Shown here piece by piece: positions 39,823 to 50,779 of a stretch of 64,000 nucleotides of DNA. Position 1 is the first letter of the stretch. Each line of letters begins with the position of its first letter. The translations under genes were made by a program, and so were the position numbers. This DNA is from Myxococcota bacterium (lineage in GTDB: Bacteria; Myxococcota_A; SURF-8). The stretch covers positions 32,001-96,000 of the forward strand of contig CAXXQS010000001.1 of the NCBI GenBank assembly GCA_963674735.2. Direction: 5' to 3'. The notes beneath the pieces are model-generated. The model had not been told where the DNA came from. It saw nothing but the letters and a program-made list of their open reading frames with translations, and ran no database searches.

Positions 39823-42111
39823 ATGGGGGGCGGAGAAATGTCGGCTGTTGCGCGCAAACACCTCCTCTTTCCGATTTATTTTCTTATCGTTGGATTGATG
39901 GCCCCGAATCTGGCATGGGCCGGACCCGTGCGGTTGAAGACAACCGATGACTATATCGATCTGAGACCGTTTCTCGGAGTTTATGAAAGCACATCGGGCG
40001 ACCCTTCCGTTTCAGCTGATCCTGCGAGCGATCTTCCCGAAGTATCGCTTTTTCATCCAAGCGAGCGCGTCAGTTTCGGTTTCCGGCACGCACCGGTTTG
40101 GTTTCGCATGGAGTTTCACAACGAATCGGATATACAAGACTGGGTGCTGGCTCTAGGCAATCCCTCCATCGACTCGGCGGATTTATACCTGCGCGATGCA
40201 TCCGGTCGCTGGATCGTCCAACGCAACGGCTTGAACGTTCCGCATTCCAAGCGAGTTTTGTCGGCTCGTGAGTTTGTATTCCCGATCGAAATGGAAACAG
40301 GGGAAGAGGCTGTTTATTATCTCCGCCTTGCTTCAAACTCAAGCCTGTTTTTCGATCCCGTGCTCTGGCCGAGAGATCAGTATGCCCGGCAGGAAACGCG
40401 CAAAATCCACCTGCTGATGATCGTGATCGGTATATTTTTTGCGTTGCTTTTCTCCAACTTAGTTCTGGCTTTTCGCTCGCCCGAGCGAAATCATGTTTAT
40501 CTGGTCGGGCTGGATCTGGCATTCGGATTATTTCTCGCCTCCTCGCTGGGCATCTCCCATCTGTATCTTTGGCCGGAAAACCCCACCCTTGCCCGTCTGG
40601 CTTGGCCGGTTTTCGGCGGATTATCGCTGGCTTTCGGTTCTTTGTATGCACGCAGTGTGATGCGTTTGCCGGTGATGCACAAGATATCCGACTGTTTTTA
40701 TGCGCTGATTGCCGTTTTAGCGGTGGTGATGATTGTTTTAAATCCCTTCATCCATTTATACTCGAACATCGTTATCGCCAGTCTAAGCATGCTCATGACC
40801 CTGGTGACTCTTATATTATGCATACAGAAAATCCGAAGTTCGACTGAAATCGGCCGGTTTTTCGGGGCCGTTCTGCTGGCGGGTCTGGCATGCGGTTTTT
40901 TGTTCGATCTCATGTTGCTGGGGTTTCTTCCCTGGAGTGTCTGGTCGGCCAGTATGGGGCCTGTTGCCTTTGTCGTAATATCGATTGCACTGCTTTTCAC
41001 GGTGGGCCACCGGGTCGCGGTTATGCAACGGCGTTATGCACGCATTTTCGACAGCGTGAGCGATGCCCTGCTGTTGCTTGATATACATGCCGCGAGGATA
41101 CTTCAGGCAAACGATAAAGCGCTTGAATTACTTGGATATTCGCATTTAGCGCTCATCCGGAAAGGCTTGCCGGGTATCTTGGCCAAAGAGAAGAGCGATT
41201 GGCGGCAGCGTTTGGACGAGCTAGCGGCCATGGATGCCCTCAAAGAGGAGTCATATACCCGTTTTGTCACGCTGCTGCGCCGGGATGGCGGAACGTTTCG
41301 GGCGGAAGTGACCCTGCATCGGGCCGATCAACTTGGAAACAAGCAAATTCTGGTGATGGTGCGCGATGTCACGGAAGCACGGGAACGTGAAATGAAGCTT
41401 CGGCATCAGCAAAAGCTGGAAGCCATCGGAACGTTGGCCAGCGGGGTGGCCCATGAAATCAACAACCCGCTGACCATCGTCATGAATTACGGGGAGATCA
41501 TCGGCGATGCCGCTCCGTCCGGTTCGGAAATACGCGATCATGCCCGGATAATCGTCGATGAATGCCGTCGCATCGCCTCGATTGTTAAAAATCTACTGGC
41601 CTTTGCGCGTAAAGATGAGGTGGGGAAGAGTGCCGAAGCCGCCGACATGGTCGAGATTGTCAACTCCACGCTTTCGCTGACCAACAAGCTTCTGCAAAAA
41701 GACCGTATCCAGCTTGTCACGAATATCTCGCAGGTTCCGCTTCTGTTGCATTGTCGGCCGCAGCAGATCAAGCAGGTGTTGATGAATCTCATCTCAAACG
41801 CACGCGATGCCCTCAACGAACGCTATCCCGGCGCGAATTCCGGCAAATGTCTGTATATCCGGGTTGATAAGGTTAAGCGTGCGAACCGCTCGTGGCTCTG
41901 CATCGAAGTGGAAGATAGCGGGACGGGTATTCCACCGGATGTCTGCGCGCGCATTTTCGATCCGTTTTTCACCACGAAACCGGAAGGCCGCGGCACCGGG
42001 TTGGGGCTGGCGATCAGCCATGGAATGATCAAGGAACATGGCGGCGAGATCATCGTTGATAGCAAGGAAGGGATGTTCACCCGTTTTCGTGTTCTGCTGC
42101 CCATGGGGTAA
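39823..42111 (+). CDS. 7TMR-DISM sensor histidine kinase with PAS domain
   Basis: Extracellular DISM-like domain, 7 TM, PAS, AHEINNPL H-box, NARDA, DSGTG, FDPFFTTK, GTGLGL. Confidence 0.9.
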   Translation: MGGGEMSAVARKHLLFPIYFLIVGLMAPNLAWAGPVRLKTTDDYIDLRPFLGVYESTSGDPSVSADPASDLPEVSLFHPSERVSFGFRHAPVWFRMEFHNESDIQDWVLALGNPSIDSADLYLRDASGRWIVQRNGLNVPHSKRVLSAREFVFPIEMETGEEAVYYLRLASNSSLFFDPVLWPRDQYARQETRKIHLLMIVIGIFFALLFSNLVLAFRSPERNHVYLVGLDLAFGLFLASSLGISHLYLWPENPTLARLAWPVFGGLSLAFGSLYARSVMRLPVMHKISDCFYALIAVLAVVMIVLNPFIHLYSNIVIASLSMLMTLVTLILCIQKIRSSTEIGRFFGAVLLAGLACGFLFDLMLLGFLPWSVWSASMGPVAFVVISIALLFTVGHRVAVMQRRYARIFDSVSDALLLLDIHAARILQANDKALELLGYSHLALIRKGLPGILAKEKSDWRQRLDELAAMDALKEESYTRFVTLLRRDGGTFRAEVTLHRADQLGNKQILVMVRDVTEAREREMKLRHQQKLEAIGTLASGVAHEINNPLTIVMNYGEIIGDAAPSGSEIRDHARIIVDECRRIASIVKNLLAFARKDEVGKSAEAADMVEIVNSTLSLTNKLLQKDRIQLVTNISQVPLLLHCRPQQIKQVLMNLISNARDALNERYPGANSGKCLYIRVDKVKRANRSWLCIEVEDSGTGIPPDVCARIFDPFFTTKPEGRGTGLGLAISHGMIKEHGGEIIVDSKEGMFTRFRVLLPMG

Positions 42112-42343
42112 TCACCCGGTAATCATAAATTAACCAATAAAACGTGTCAGACCCACAAAGGTTGGGAGTCAAGTGTGGAATACGGTTATAGAATTCCGTC
42201 TTCGCGGAAGGACGAACCTTGAGTGATAACTGTGATTTACTCGCCGGGTTTACCCCAATCGCCTGGCCCTTTCGTGCGACCTATTTGCTGTCCGCTTGAT
42301 TTGTGTTAAGGTATCCGCTGCTCGAATTCGAAAGGAGCTCACA

Positions 42344-43930
42344 ATGCGAAATGGTGAATGGCGATTTGTGTCGATCTCGATCCTGGCGGTCTTGCTGATT
42401 ACGCTCCTTCTCGTGGGTTGCGGAAGTGATAGCGACGATTCGGACGGAAGCGATGGCGATTCTGAAACCACCGACGGCGACACGGATGCTCCCGATACGG
42501 ATGGCGACCAGGATGGTGTCGCGGATGGCGACAGCGAAACATCCGATGGCGATCTGGAGCCTGAACAAGAAGCCGAAGCCGAGGCGCTGGGTCCGTATGA
42601 GGCCTTGGAAGGGCAGGGCTCGACGCTGCGCGAAATGCTAGGCGTTTCCACTCACATGTCCCAGCGCGAGGGAGAGAACGCGCAACGCGATTTTGAGTTC
42701 GAGCGCTATGTCGAGATCGGCGGCGCGAACATTCGCGAAGATTACCACTGGGAAACCATCGAGCCCGTGGACGACGAATGGCACTTCGAGGTCGTTGAGA
42801 AGCAGGTGGAAATGGCCAAGGAGCGCAACATGCGCATTCTGGCGATGTTGGCCTACGGGGTGGATTGGGCTACCGAGGATTCGAATGAGGATACCATCGA
42901 TCCGGCCAATTACGCTGATTTTGCCGGGAATCTGGCGGCGCATTTCTGCGATGACATCAAGGATTACGAACTCTGGAACGAGCCGAACATCTCCCGTTTC
43001 TGGTCGCCCGAACCCAACCCCGCCACGTATGGCGCGTTGTTCAAGGCCGGCGCGCTCGCCATCAAAGAAGTCTGCCCGGACGCGCGTGTTTACTACGGCG
43101 GCGTCTGTGCCTACTCACTCGATGATGTCACCGATTTGTGGTGGTTCATCTACGACCATATCGCGGCTTTCCCCGATATCTGCGACTATATGGACGTCAT
43201 TTCCATTCATCCCTACACGCTGATGCAGAAGCCCTCGCCCGAGTGGGACGGCAATTACGGCGAAGACTTGACCTTCGTGGGGCAGAGCGGCATTACGGCG
43301 GCGGCGCGCGAGGCTTTCGCGACGGCCGGTTGCGGCGATCTGCCGGTGGTCTACAGTGAACATGGCTGGCCGTCTTACGAACTGACCGAAGACGAACAGG
43401 GCTATTTCCTGGCGCGCTCGTATCTGTTGGCTGCGCGGGACAACGTGGAAAGCTATTACTGGTATACGTTCTGGGATGGCTATCCCACCACCGAGGGCCT
43501 GCGCCCGCACGAAGATTACTTCGGCCTGTTCGGATATCGTGGCGAGGACGGCACCAATCGTCGCGCCAAGGCGAGTTGGTATGCGATGAAGGGGCTGGCC
43601 GACGTTCTCGGCGACCATCGTTTCGCCCGCGATTTGAGCGAAACCTTCGAGTTGCCGACGGATGTCTACGCCTTGGCCTTCGTCAATGAGGACGGAGACT
43701 TGGCGTTGGCGGTGTGGGACGGGCGCGACAACCCCGACGAGGGAGTCGAGCCGCCGATGGAAGGCGGTCCCGACACGAGTTTCGACCTCGCGTTGCCCTT
43801 GCCCGACTGGGCCACCTCCGTTGGAATCTTCGATATCACCGGTGCGGAAGTCGAGTCGCGCGCGGTTTCGGGGAGTGTGGACCTCACGCTCACCCGCTCG
43901 GTGCTTTACATCAAACCGGTGGTGGAGTAA
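42344..43930 (+). CDS. Clan GH-A glycoside hydrolase (GH39/GH5-like) lipoprotein
   Basis: Lipobox LVGC, DGD linker; YELWNEPN, SIHPY, SEHGW, FGL. Confidence 0.82.
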   Translation: MRNGEWRFVSISILAVLLITLLLVGCGSDSDDSDGSDGDSETTDGDTDAPDTDGDQDGVADGDSETSDGDLEPEQEAEAEALGPYEALEGQGSTLREMLGVSTHMSQREGENAQRDFEFERYVEIGGANIREDYHWETIEPVDDEWHFEVVEKQVEMAKERNMRILAMLAYGVDWATEDSNEDTIDPANYADFAGNLAAHFCDDIKDYELWNEPNISRFWSPEPNPATYGALFKAGALAIKEVCPDARVYYGGVCAYSLDDVTDLWWFIYDHIAAFPDICDYMDVISIHPYTLMQKPSPEWDGNYGEDLTFVGQSGITAAAREAFATAGCGDLPVVYSEHGWPSYELTEDEQGYFLARSYLLAARDNVESYYWYTFWDGYPTTEGLRPHEDYFGLFGYRGEDGTNRRAKASWYAMKGLADVLGDHRFARDLSETFELPTDVYALAFVNEDGDLALAVWDGRDNPDEGVEPPMEGGPDTSFDLALPLPDWATSVGIFDITGAEVESRAVSGSVDLTLTRSVLYIKPVVE

Positions 43931-43974
43931 GCGGCGACGTCGTTATTGGGGAAAGGATTCATCGAGAACGGATT

Positions 43975-44439
43975 TCAAAGCGTTAAGACAAAATTGACCA
44001 TCGTCGTTCTTTCTTTGAATCCGCGTTCTTGGTAAAACCTGCGCTGATAGCTGTCGCGGTTTTCGCCGTTGAGCAACGACAATCGCGAACAGCCGCGTCG
44101 GACGGCCTCGCGTCGAATTTCGTCAAGGAGTTTCGATCCGACACCCGCACCTCGTGTATTTGCGTCGATGAACAACTCGGATATGTACCCTTCCGGTGCG
44201 GGAAGGACCAGGTACGGATTCCAATGGACGGCGGCATATCCGATGAGTTTGTCGTTTCGATGGGCGACGAGGACCGTGTGACTGGTGTCGGCCAGACAAA
44301 GCGCAAGCTGCGCGGCGACGCGCTCTTGAGATAAATGCGGGTTTTCTTCGTTCATCCAGGGAAACATCCCAAGATTCTTCATGAATAGTGCCAATGCTTC
44401 TGCGTCGGGCGGCATGGCTTTTCGGATTGCGATGTCCAT
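43975..44439 (-). CDS. GNAT N-acetyltransferase
   Basis: ISELFI...RGAGVG..LL, FYQERGF. Confidence 0.88.
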   Translation of the reverse strand: MDIAIRKAMPPDAEALALFMKNLGMFPWMNEENPHLSQERVAAQLALCLADTSHTVLVAHRNDKLIGYAAVHWNPYLVLPAPEGYISELFIDANTRGAGVGSKLLDEIRREAVRRGCSRLSLLNGENRDSYQRRFYQERGFKERTTMVNFVLTL

Positions 44440-44675
44440 CGGCGGACCTCCTTTTCGGTGGGTCGCATCATCGGCATCGGATGTTAGCATCGTGGTTTAT
44501 TTTTGTGAAGTTTGCAATTTCGGCATAATTGCCGACACAATGTTATCCGGCATATTGGATAATGGATTTGATCATTTTTCTGATTGCATCGAGGGATCGC
44601 ATTGCAATCCGATTTTAGAATACGGAACAGATCCGACCTCTTAAACCAAACGATAACCGCGTGAAAGGAGCCGTC

Positions 44676-45554
44676 ATGTCCCTTTGCACCGAACGGACGA
44701 ATGTTCTGAGCGAGCTGCTGATGCTCCTCAAACTCGAAACGATCGAAGAAAACATTTTCCGTGGCCGCAGCCAGGATCTCGGCTTCGGCAATATCTTCGG
44801 TGGGCAGGTTTTGGGACAGGCCTTATCGGCCATGTCGCAAACCGTCCCGCCCGAACGACCGGTGCATAGTTTACAGGCTTACTTCATGCGTCCCGGCGAT
44901 CCGACCCGGCCCATCGTCTATCAGGTCGATCCCATCCGCGACGGCGGAAGCTTCACCACCCGGCGCTGCGTCGCCATCCAGAAGGGGCGCGCCATTTTCT
45001 CGGTGTCGGGCTCGTTTCAGATCGTCGAGGACGGCTTCGAGCATCAGGCCGAGATGCCGCAGGTGGACGGTCCCGAGGGCTTGGAGTCCGAGTTGGAGTT
45101 GACCCGCCGCATCAGCGAGCAGATCCCCGAGCGTATTCGTTCGAAGCTGACCTGCGACCGGCCCATCGAAATCCGGCGCGTCGATCCGATCGATCCCTTC
45201 AACCCCGAAAAACGCGAACCCACCCGCTTTGCCTGGTTCCGCGCCATCGGTCCGCTTCCCGAAGATCCGGTGATCCATCGCTATATGTTGGCCTATGCCT
45301 CCGATTTCGGGTTGGTGGGCACCTCGCTGAGCCCGCACGGCACCACCTACTGGGATCGTCGCATGCAGGTGGCCAGTTTGGATCACGCCATGTGGTTTCA
45401 TCGCGATGTACGAATGGATGATTGGCTGCTCTACGCCATGCACAGCCCCAGCGCCTCCGGCGCGCGCGGCATGAATTTCGGACGCATCTACACGCAAGAC
45501 GGCCGCCTGGTAGCCTCGACCGCCCAGGAAGGACTCATTCGCTTTCGCGGGTGA
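44676..45554 (+). CDS. tesB: Acyl-CoA thioesterase II
   Basis: FGGQVLGQAL, RDGGSF.TR, LAYASD, ASLDHAMWFH, QEGLIR. Confidence 0.93.
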   Translation: MSLCTERTNVLSELLMLLKLETIEENIFRGRSQDLGFGNIFGGQVLGQALSAMSQTVPPERPVHSLQAYFMRPGDPTRPIVYQVDPIRDGGSFTTRRCVAIQKGRAIFSVSGSFQIVEDGFEHQAEMPQVDGPEGLESELELTRRISEQIPERIRSKLTCDRPIEIRRVDPIDPFNPEKREPTRFAWFRAIGPLPEDPVIHRYMLAYASDFGLVGTSLSPHGTTYWDRRMQVASLDHAMWFHRDVRMDDWLLYAMHSPSASGARGMNFGRIYTQDGRLVASTAQEGLIRFRG

Positions 45555-45587
45555 AGGGTGACACGCTTCAGCATGGAAGCATCGAAA

Positions 45588-45684
45588 CCTCACCCGCCGA
45601 CCAAAAGTCGGCGACCTCTCCCCCGGGGAGAGGCGATTTGCCCTCTCCACATTGGAGAGGGTCCGCAAAGCGGATGGGTGAGGT
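45588..45684. repeat. CCTCACCC..CCTCTCCC..GGGAGAGG..GGGTGAGG palindromic repeat
   Basis: Nested inverted repeats between convergent genes; partial copy at 6440-6477. Confidence 0.65.
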
Positions 45685-45754
45685 TGCAACCGGAGCCCGT
45701 CGGCGACGCGCTCCAGCGCGCCTGCCAGCACTCCGGCAAACTTGTGAACAAACG

Positions 45755-47764
45755 CTACCGATTCGGCGTCAGGTCGACGGTCAGAACCACCCCCGAAACA
45801 CTCACGCCACCGTAGCCCTCTACGACAACGGTGTAATCCATATAGGCCTCAACCGACGCCGTCAGGTTCGAACAGGTGTCATACCCGCCATCATCATCAT
45901 ACGCGATTTCGCCGGATTGCGAATCGCTCAATCTGAGAATCGTGTCGCCGGGACAACCGCCCGACCCGTTCGAGGTGTACAGATTGAGACTGTAATTCTG
46001 GGTTGGCCTAAACGTCAACGTTACGGCTTTATTTTCTGGAATGTCGAAGGAATAATCGCCTGCCCCGGTAATCGTGATGGGAGGAAGCGGGCGATCTTCG
46101 ATGCAGTAGCACACATGCGACATGTGTGAATTGTGGTAGGCGGTCGAGCAACTGGTGAGGATCGTCGCTTCAACGTTCTCGATGGTCGAAAAATCGCCGG
46201 TCAGCAAGCAGCCGATTCCGGTTCCGTCTACCGGGATGGACTGGCTGTGATAGTAGACATAGCAAGAGTCGATGGGTCGCGGCGGTGCGCAGCTAAGCCC
46301 CCAGGAATCACAGATTTGATCGCAACTCCACGAGTTGGACGCCTGATTCGGCGGCCAGTTGCGGCTGACTTTGAAAATGCAGTTTCCCTCGTGGCAGTCT
46401 TCGGAAAAAAACGTGTAGCCGCTGTTGTCGAAGGTGTCCGGTGCCGGAAGATACGAATCCATCTCATCCCAACAACTGCGGTCGCATTCACCGCAGTCAT
46501 AAACGTCGCTGGCTAAATCTTCGCAGGTTCCAGCGCAGTTGGTTCCCACCCCTTCACAAGGATCGCCGCATTGACTGCTTTCACAGACGGCTTGGCCGCC
46601 GGTCGCATCGGGGCAAGCATTCTCGCAGACACCGCAGTTATCCGGGTCGCTTGAAAGATTGGTGGAGCCATCCGCGCATTGGCAGGTGGAGGATTCGCAA
46701 TGCATTCCGTTTTGGCAGGCATGGCCGCATTGACCGCAATGGTTGTCATCATCGGAGGTGTCGCGGCACAGCCCGCTGCATTCGGCTTCGCCGCTCGGGC
46801 ACCGACAGTTGCGGCTCGAACACACCTGGTCGTAGCGGCAAGTGATATCGCATCCGCCGCAATCGTTGGGGCTATCGAGATCCGTGCATGCACCGTCGCA
46901 GGCACCGTCCGAGCCGCAAGCGAGAGTGATTCCTTTGGAATCGGAAGCCGTATTGCCGCTCTGATCGTAAAACACCGCATTGAAAGTCCGGGTTATCGGG
47001 GCCAGGAAATTGATGGCGCGAATCAGATGAATATCATTCCATGAAACGGTCAGCGAGTAAGCCCCTTCGGAGGCCGAGGTGGAAAAGGCACCGTAGGTTT
47101 GGCCGTTTACCGCGTCTTTCAGGCTTCCGCCGATCAAGTCGTCGATTCCATCCGGGTCGGTCACGACGACGGTGAAAATCACGGATTGTCCCTCAGTGAT
47201 TTGCGTGACATTGGTATCGAAACTCAGCACGCGCGGCGGTTGTCCTTCGGTTCCCACGCATTGGCCATTTTGGCAGTCACCGGCTTGGCATTGACCGCAA
47301 CTGCCGCCGCAACCATCCGTGCCGCAGGCTTTGCCCGCGCAATCGGGAACGCAGGAATCGCCATCCTGATCGCCATCCGGAATGGAGGTGTCCTGATCGT
47401 CATCCTGGTCGCCGTCCGGAACCGTTGTGTCCTCGTCGCCGTCCGGTATGCTGGTTTCCTGATCGCCGTCGCTCGATTGAGGCTGGCAGTCGGGGCCGAG
47501 GACTTCGACGTAACCGGGATGACATTCGCAACGTGCTTGTTGCAAAACATCCAAATAGCAATAGCCGAAAAGGGAACAGGTGACGCCTTCGCAACTCGTT
47601 TTGACAGCCGGCAGGTCCGTCTCGGTTCCATCTCCGTCCGTGTCGGGATCGTCCTTTTTGTGGCGACTGCTGTCGGAACTGTCTTCCTGACACGCGGTCA
47701 TTCCCCCGATTAAACAGGCTGTAATGAGGAGGCAGGCGAATAAGCTAAAAAGACTGGGTTTCAT
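45755..47764 (-). CDS. Cys-rich repeat lipoprotein (Stig1/EGF-like repeats, PPC-like C-terminus)
   Basis: Lipobox MTAC; (DGDQD) linker; D..NCG.CG..C repeats; DT.L.L...YDDDGG...CS. Confidence 0.8.
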   Translation of the reverse strand: MKPSLFSLFACLLITACLIGGMTACQEDSSDSSRHKKDDPDTDGDGTETDLPAVKTSCEGVTCSLFGYCYLDVLQQARCECHPGYVEVLGPDCQPQSSDGDQETSIPDGDEDTTVPDGDQDDDQDTSIPDGDQDGDSCVPDCAGKACGTDGCGGSCGQCQAGDCQNGQCVGTEGQPPRVLSFDTNVTQITEGQSVIFTVVVTDPDGIDDLIGGSLKDAVNGQTYGAFSTSASEGAYSLTVSWNDIHLIRAINFLAPITRTFNAVFYDQSGNTASDSKGITLACGSDGACDGACTDLDSPNDCGGCDITCRYDQVCSSRNCRCPSGEAECSGLCRDTSDDDNHCGQCGHACQNGMHCESSTCQCADGSTNLSSDPDNCGVCENACPDATGGQAVCESSQCGDPCEGVGTNCAGTCEDLASDVYDCGECDRSCWDEMDSYLPAPDTFDNSGYTFFSEDCHEGNCIFKVSRNWPPNQASNSWSCDQICDSWGLSCAPPRPIDSCYVYYHSQSIPVDGTGIGCLLTGDFSTIENVEATILTSCSTAYHNSHMSHVCYCIEDRPLPPITITGAGDYSFDIPENKAVTLTFRPTQNYSLNLYTSNGSGGCPGDTILRLSDSQSGEIAYDDDGGYDTCSNLTASVEAYMDYTVVVEGYGGVSVSGVVLTVDLTPNR

Positions 47765-48616
47765 ACTCCTGATCCTTCTTGAGAATGTGTTCAATTGGTT
47801 GTAACCGGGCAGCCAATTGACGTCACATGACGGCATGGTGAAATCCGAGTCAATGTAGGGTGATTGGAGAAAAATGTCAACCGTGATCGACACCGTGATC
47901 GAACAATCGTGGATGCCGGAGGGGAAAACGCGGGGGCTTGTCGAAACCCCAAACGTGAGCCGGAAGCGGGTTCTGCTTCGCCCCTCATGCTTGTCTTTAA
48001 TTTCTTCCTTTCCGGTTCGCTTTTAGCGCCGGATGCGCCCGATGCGTTGTTCTGGCCGTTTGCCTGTTTCTATCTAGCTTCGCTCGATGCGCCCGATGCG
48101 CCGTTGAAACCGCCTCACATTTTTCGGCAGGAGGAAAACCGATAGGAAAACAAGGAATGCCCTAATATGTCACACCTGTTGGACGACTTGTGGATGGTGG
48201 GTCGTGTTTCGGAGAAAAAGCACAGCCCTTGAAATTGGTAGACGGATTGTGTTTGGCCCGTCATAACGGGCGAAGATCGCTTTTCCACTTAAGGCGTCCC
48301 GCATTTTTATATGGACTAACTAAGGTGAAAATAGATACTAAATGGTGTATAGCGAACTATACTAAATATAAAATAGTAAATAGAATTATAAGGCATGCCA
48401 AAGACGAAGGTGTATCTATATGATATTACAGGAGAATGCCGAATATGCGCGATGCACCCTTGAGGCGCACCTTCCCGGCGGAGGCAAAACACCTAAAAGA
48501 GTCAGGATTATCAATGCTTTTGCGATCCGCGAGTGGGTATTCAGCTTGTTTTTTCCTCGGATGGAGGCTGAGGATCATAAAAAAGCGGTGACGCAAGCGA
48601 GGCGGCGGATTACTCG

Positions 48617-49873
48617 TTAGGTGAGCTGAGAAGCCGTCTGCCAGGCAGGCGGGTTGTCCATTTCTTCCAGAAAATCGATGGGAATGTTCGGCAGCGCGTC
48701 GGCGAAAGCGGCCAGTTCGGCCATGCGGCGGTCGGCGCGGGATGCATAAGTCTTGAGTCGTTCGCGGATGATCGAGGCGGTTATGCCGATCGTCGCCAGC
48801 GTGCGGCCCCGAAACAGGCGGCGATTGTGCCAGATATTCAAGGTCGCGATGCGACCGGCCTCGCCGTAAAGGCGCATCCAGGATTGACCGTCGCCTTTGA
48901 TCGAAAGACCGGCGGCGGTCGGATCGGCGGCCAGCAGCAGGTCGAGGAATTGCCGCGCCGGTTCGTGTCGATTGTCGCCTTGCGGCTTGAACAGAGTCAG
49001 GACACGGTCGAGATCGCGCAGGTGTGCGTCGGATCCGCCCAGCATTAAAAGGGGTCGGGAGCCGTTGGAAGCGAGCCGCTCGGCATAATCGCGGGCGTCG
49101 TGGCTGAGCACGTTTTGTTGGCGCGGATCGTCGATCAACGCGTTGTGGAAGGCCACCCAGCGTGCGAGATGGGGAGCGCTGTCGGCCGGAAATCCGCCAT
49201 TGAGAATTTCGACGGCACGGACCTGCGAAATGACGGCCTGCAATTCCGGGAAGGTCAGATCGTGGCCATCCATCGGATGCGGAAGCGCATAGGCGTAGCC
49301 CCATTTTTCGATCAACGCCAGAGTGCTGTAGAATTCGAGATCCTCCGCGCCTTCCGGGACGCAATCGGCGTACAATGTATCGAGATCGGCCTGCGTCAGC
49401 CCGTAATAAGGGGCGTCCGGGTCGTCGTCGCGCAAGTGGGGCGGGCCGTAAAGCAGGATTTCGGGGGCGCGTTTGTAGCGTGCTTCCGCCTCCGACCAGA
49501 CCGTGCAACTCAGTTCGACGCCGAGAATCACGCGCGGATAAGTTTTGGCCAGCTGGAGATTGCGAGCGTGCAGTTCATGGGAACGCAGGCCGACGTGGTC
49601 GGTCAGGCAAAGGACGTCGATATCGAGGTGGCGACCGGCTGCGATGCTCTCCAATTGAGTGAAGGGAATCAGGCATTCGCTCCAGTTGACCTGCCGGGCG
49701 CGTTCGGGGCCGCATATCCGGCGGATGCCCGCCTCAACGTACGGAAACAAAGGGCTGGCGGGTCCATCGGAGGCCGGACTATGCAAGTGCGTAATGGCAC
49801 GGAAACGGCGGTTCTGAGTTTTGGCGAGTGTGTGCATGATTCGGTTGCAAAACTCCATGCGATTGGAAAGCAC
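48617..49873 (-). CDS. PHP-domain metal-dependent phosphoesterase
   Basis: THLHS..SD, LTDH, GVELS, PHP, EILNG, GGSDAH; start uncertain. Confidence 0.85.
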   Translation of the reverse strand: MLSNRMEFCNRIMHTLAKTQNRRFRAITHLHSPASDGPASPLFPYVEAGIRRICGPERARQVNWSECLIPFTQLESIAAGRHLDIDVLCLTDHVGLRSHELHARNLQLAKTYPRVILGVELSCTVWSEAEARYKRAPEILLYGPPHLRDDDPDAPYYGLTQADLDTLYADCVPEGAEDLEFYSTLALIEKWGYAYALPHPMDGHDLTFPELQAVISQVRAVEILNGGFPADSAPHLARWVAFHNALIDDPRQQNVLSHDARDYAERLASNGSRPLLMLGGSDAHLRDLDRVLTLFKPQGDNRHEPARQFLDLLLAADPTAAGLSIKGDGQSWMRLYGEAGRIATLNIWHNRRLFRGRTLATIGITASIIRERLKTYASRADRRMAELAAFADALPNIPIDFLEEMDNPPAWQTASQLT

Positions 49874-50344
49874 AGATGGATGATCGAGCCAAACAAACAG
49901 GAGCTTTTGTTAGCAGAGGGCGAGGCTAAATGCAAGTAAAAAGTGAAACGGTCAAATGTAACAGGAAAGCTCGAACTGTATAATATGACAGGAGTATTCG
50001 TCCCGCCTATTCAGGCGTAGGTTTGCTGCCGGAGTGGGGGGCAGGGTTGAAAAGCGCGTGCGAAAAATCAGCCGCAGCAGACGACAACCAGCGCCAGCAC
50101 GATCGTCCATAAATAGCGCATTGGAAATCCTTTTCCATCTTGGTGTCTGACAAAAGCGTAAAAAACCATCGGTATTCAACGACTGTTCTATAAATCGGTT
50201 GTCGGCCGGATGTATTGAGTGTTTTTCTCGAAATTCTTCAGGAGGGATGCGTGGTTCGGCAAAAGGGCGTGACAGCGGAGGAGAATCTGCGCTATAATTC
50301 CTTCCATTGCAGACAATTCAATCGATCGAAAAATGGGAGGAAAC

Positions 50345-50737
50345 ATGAAACGCAAACAAGTTTTGGGCTGCATGCTTTTTATTCTGCTGTTGAGTGCCGT
50401 TATTGTTTTTGCCGGGTGCGGCGGCGATGATGATGAGAGTAGCGATGGCGATGAAGTCAATGGCGGCGAGCCGCTCGTGTGTGACGATGATTTGAGCGAT
50501 GGCGGATTCGGCGGCATGACCAAGGCGGGTTGCGACACGGTCCAGGGAGCCTGTGAGAATGCCGTAACCGTCGGTAATAATGAATGGTATCCCTGCACGG
50601 ACGATCCCGATTGCTGCTGCTACGATGAGCCTTTCGACGGTGTCGACGACGTCTATCCCTGCCAGTACGACAGCTGCACGCAGGACGGCTATTGCGACGA
50701 AAACTGCGGCGATGTGGAAGATCCGGATTGCGATTAA
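50345..50737 (+). CDS. Small Cys/Asp-rich lipoprotein, tandem paralog A
   Basis: GGAGG RBS, lipobox FAGC, C-terminal domain almost identical to the next gene. Confidence 0.8.
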   Translation: MKRKQVLGCMLFILLLSAVIVFAGCGGDDDESSDGDEVNGGEPLVCDDDLSDGGFGGMTKAGCDTVQGACENAVTVGNNEWYPCTDDPDCCCYDEPFDGVDDVYPCQYDSCTQDGYCDENCGDVEDPDCD

Positions 50738-50779
50738 CTTCTATTGAAAGATCAATCGATAATAAGGATAGGAAAAACC

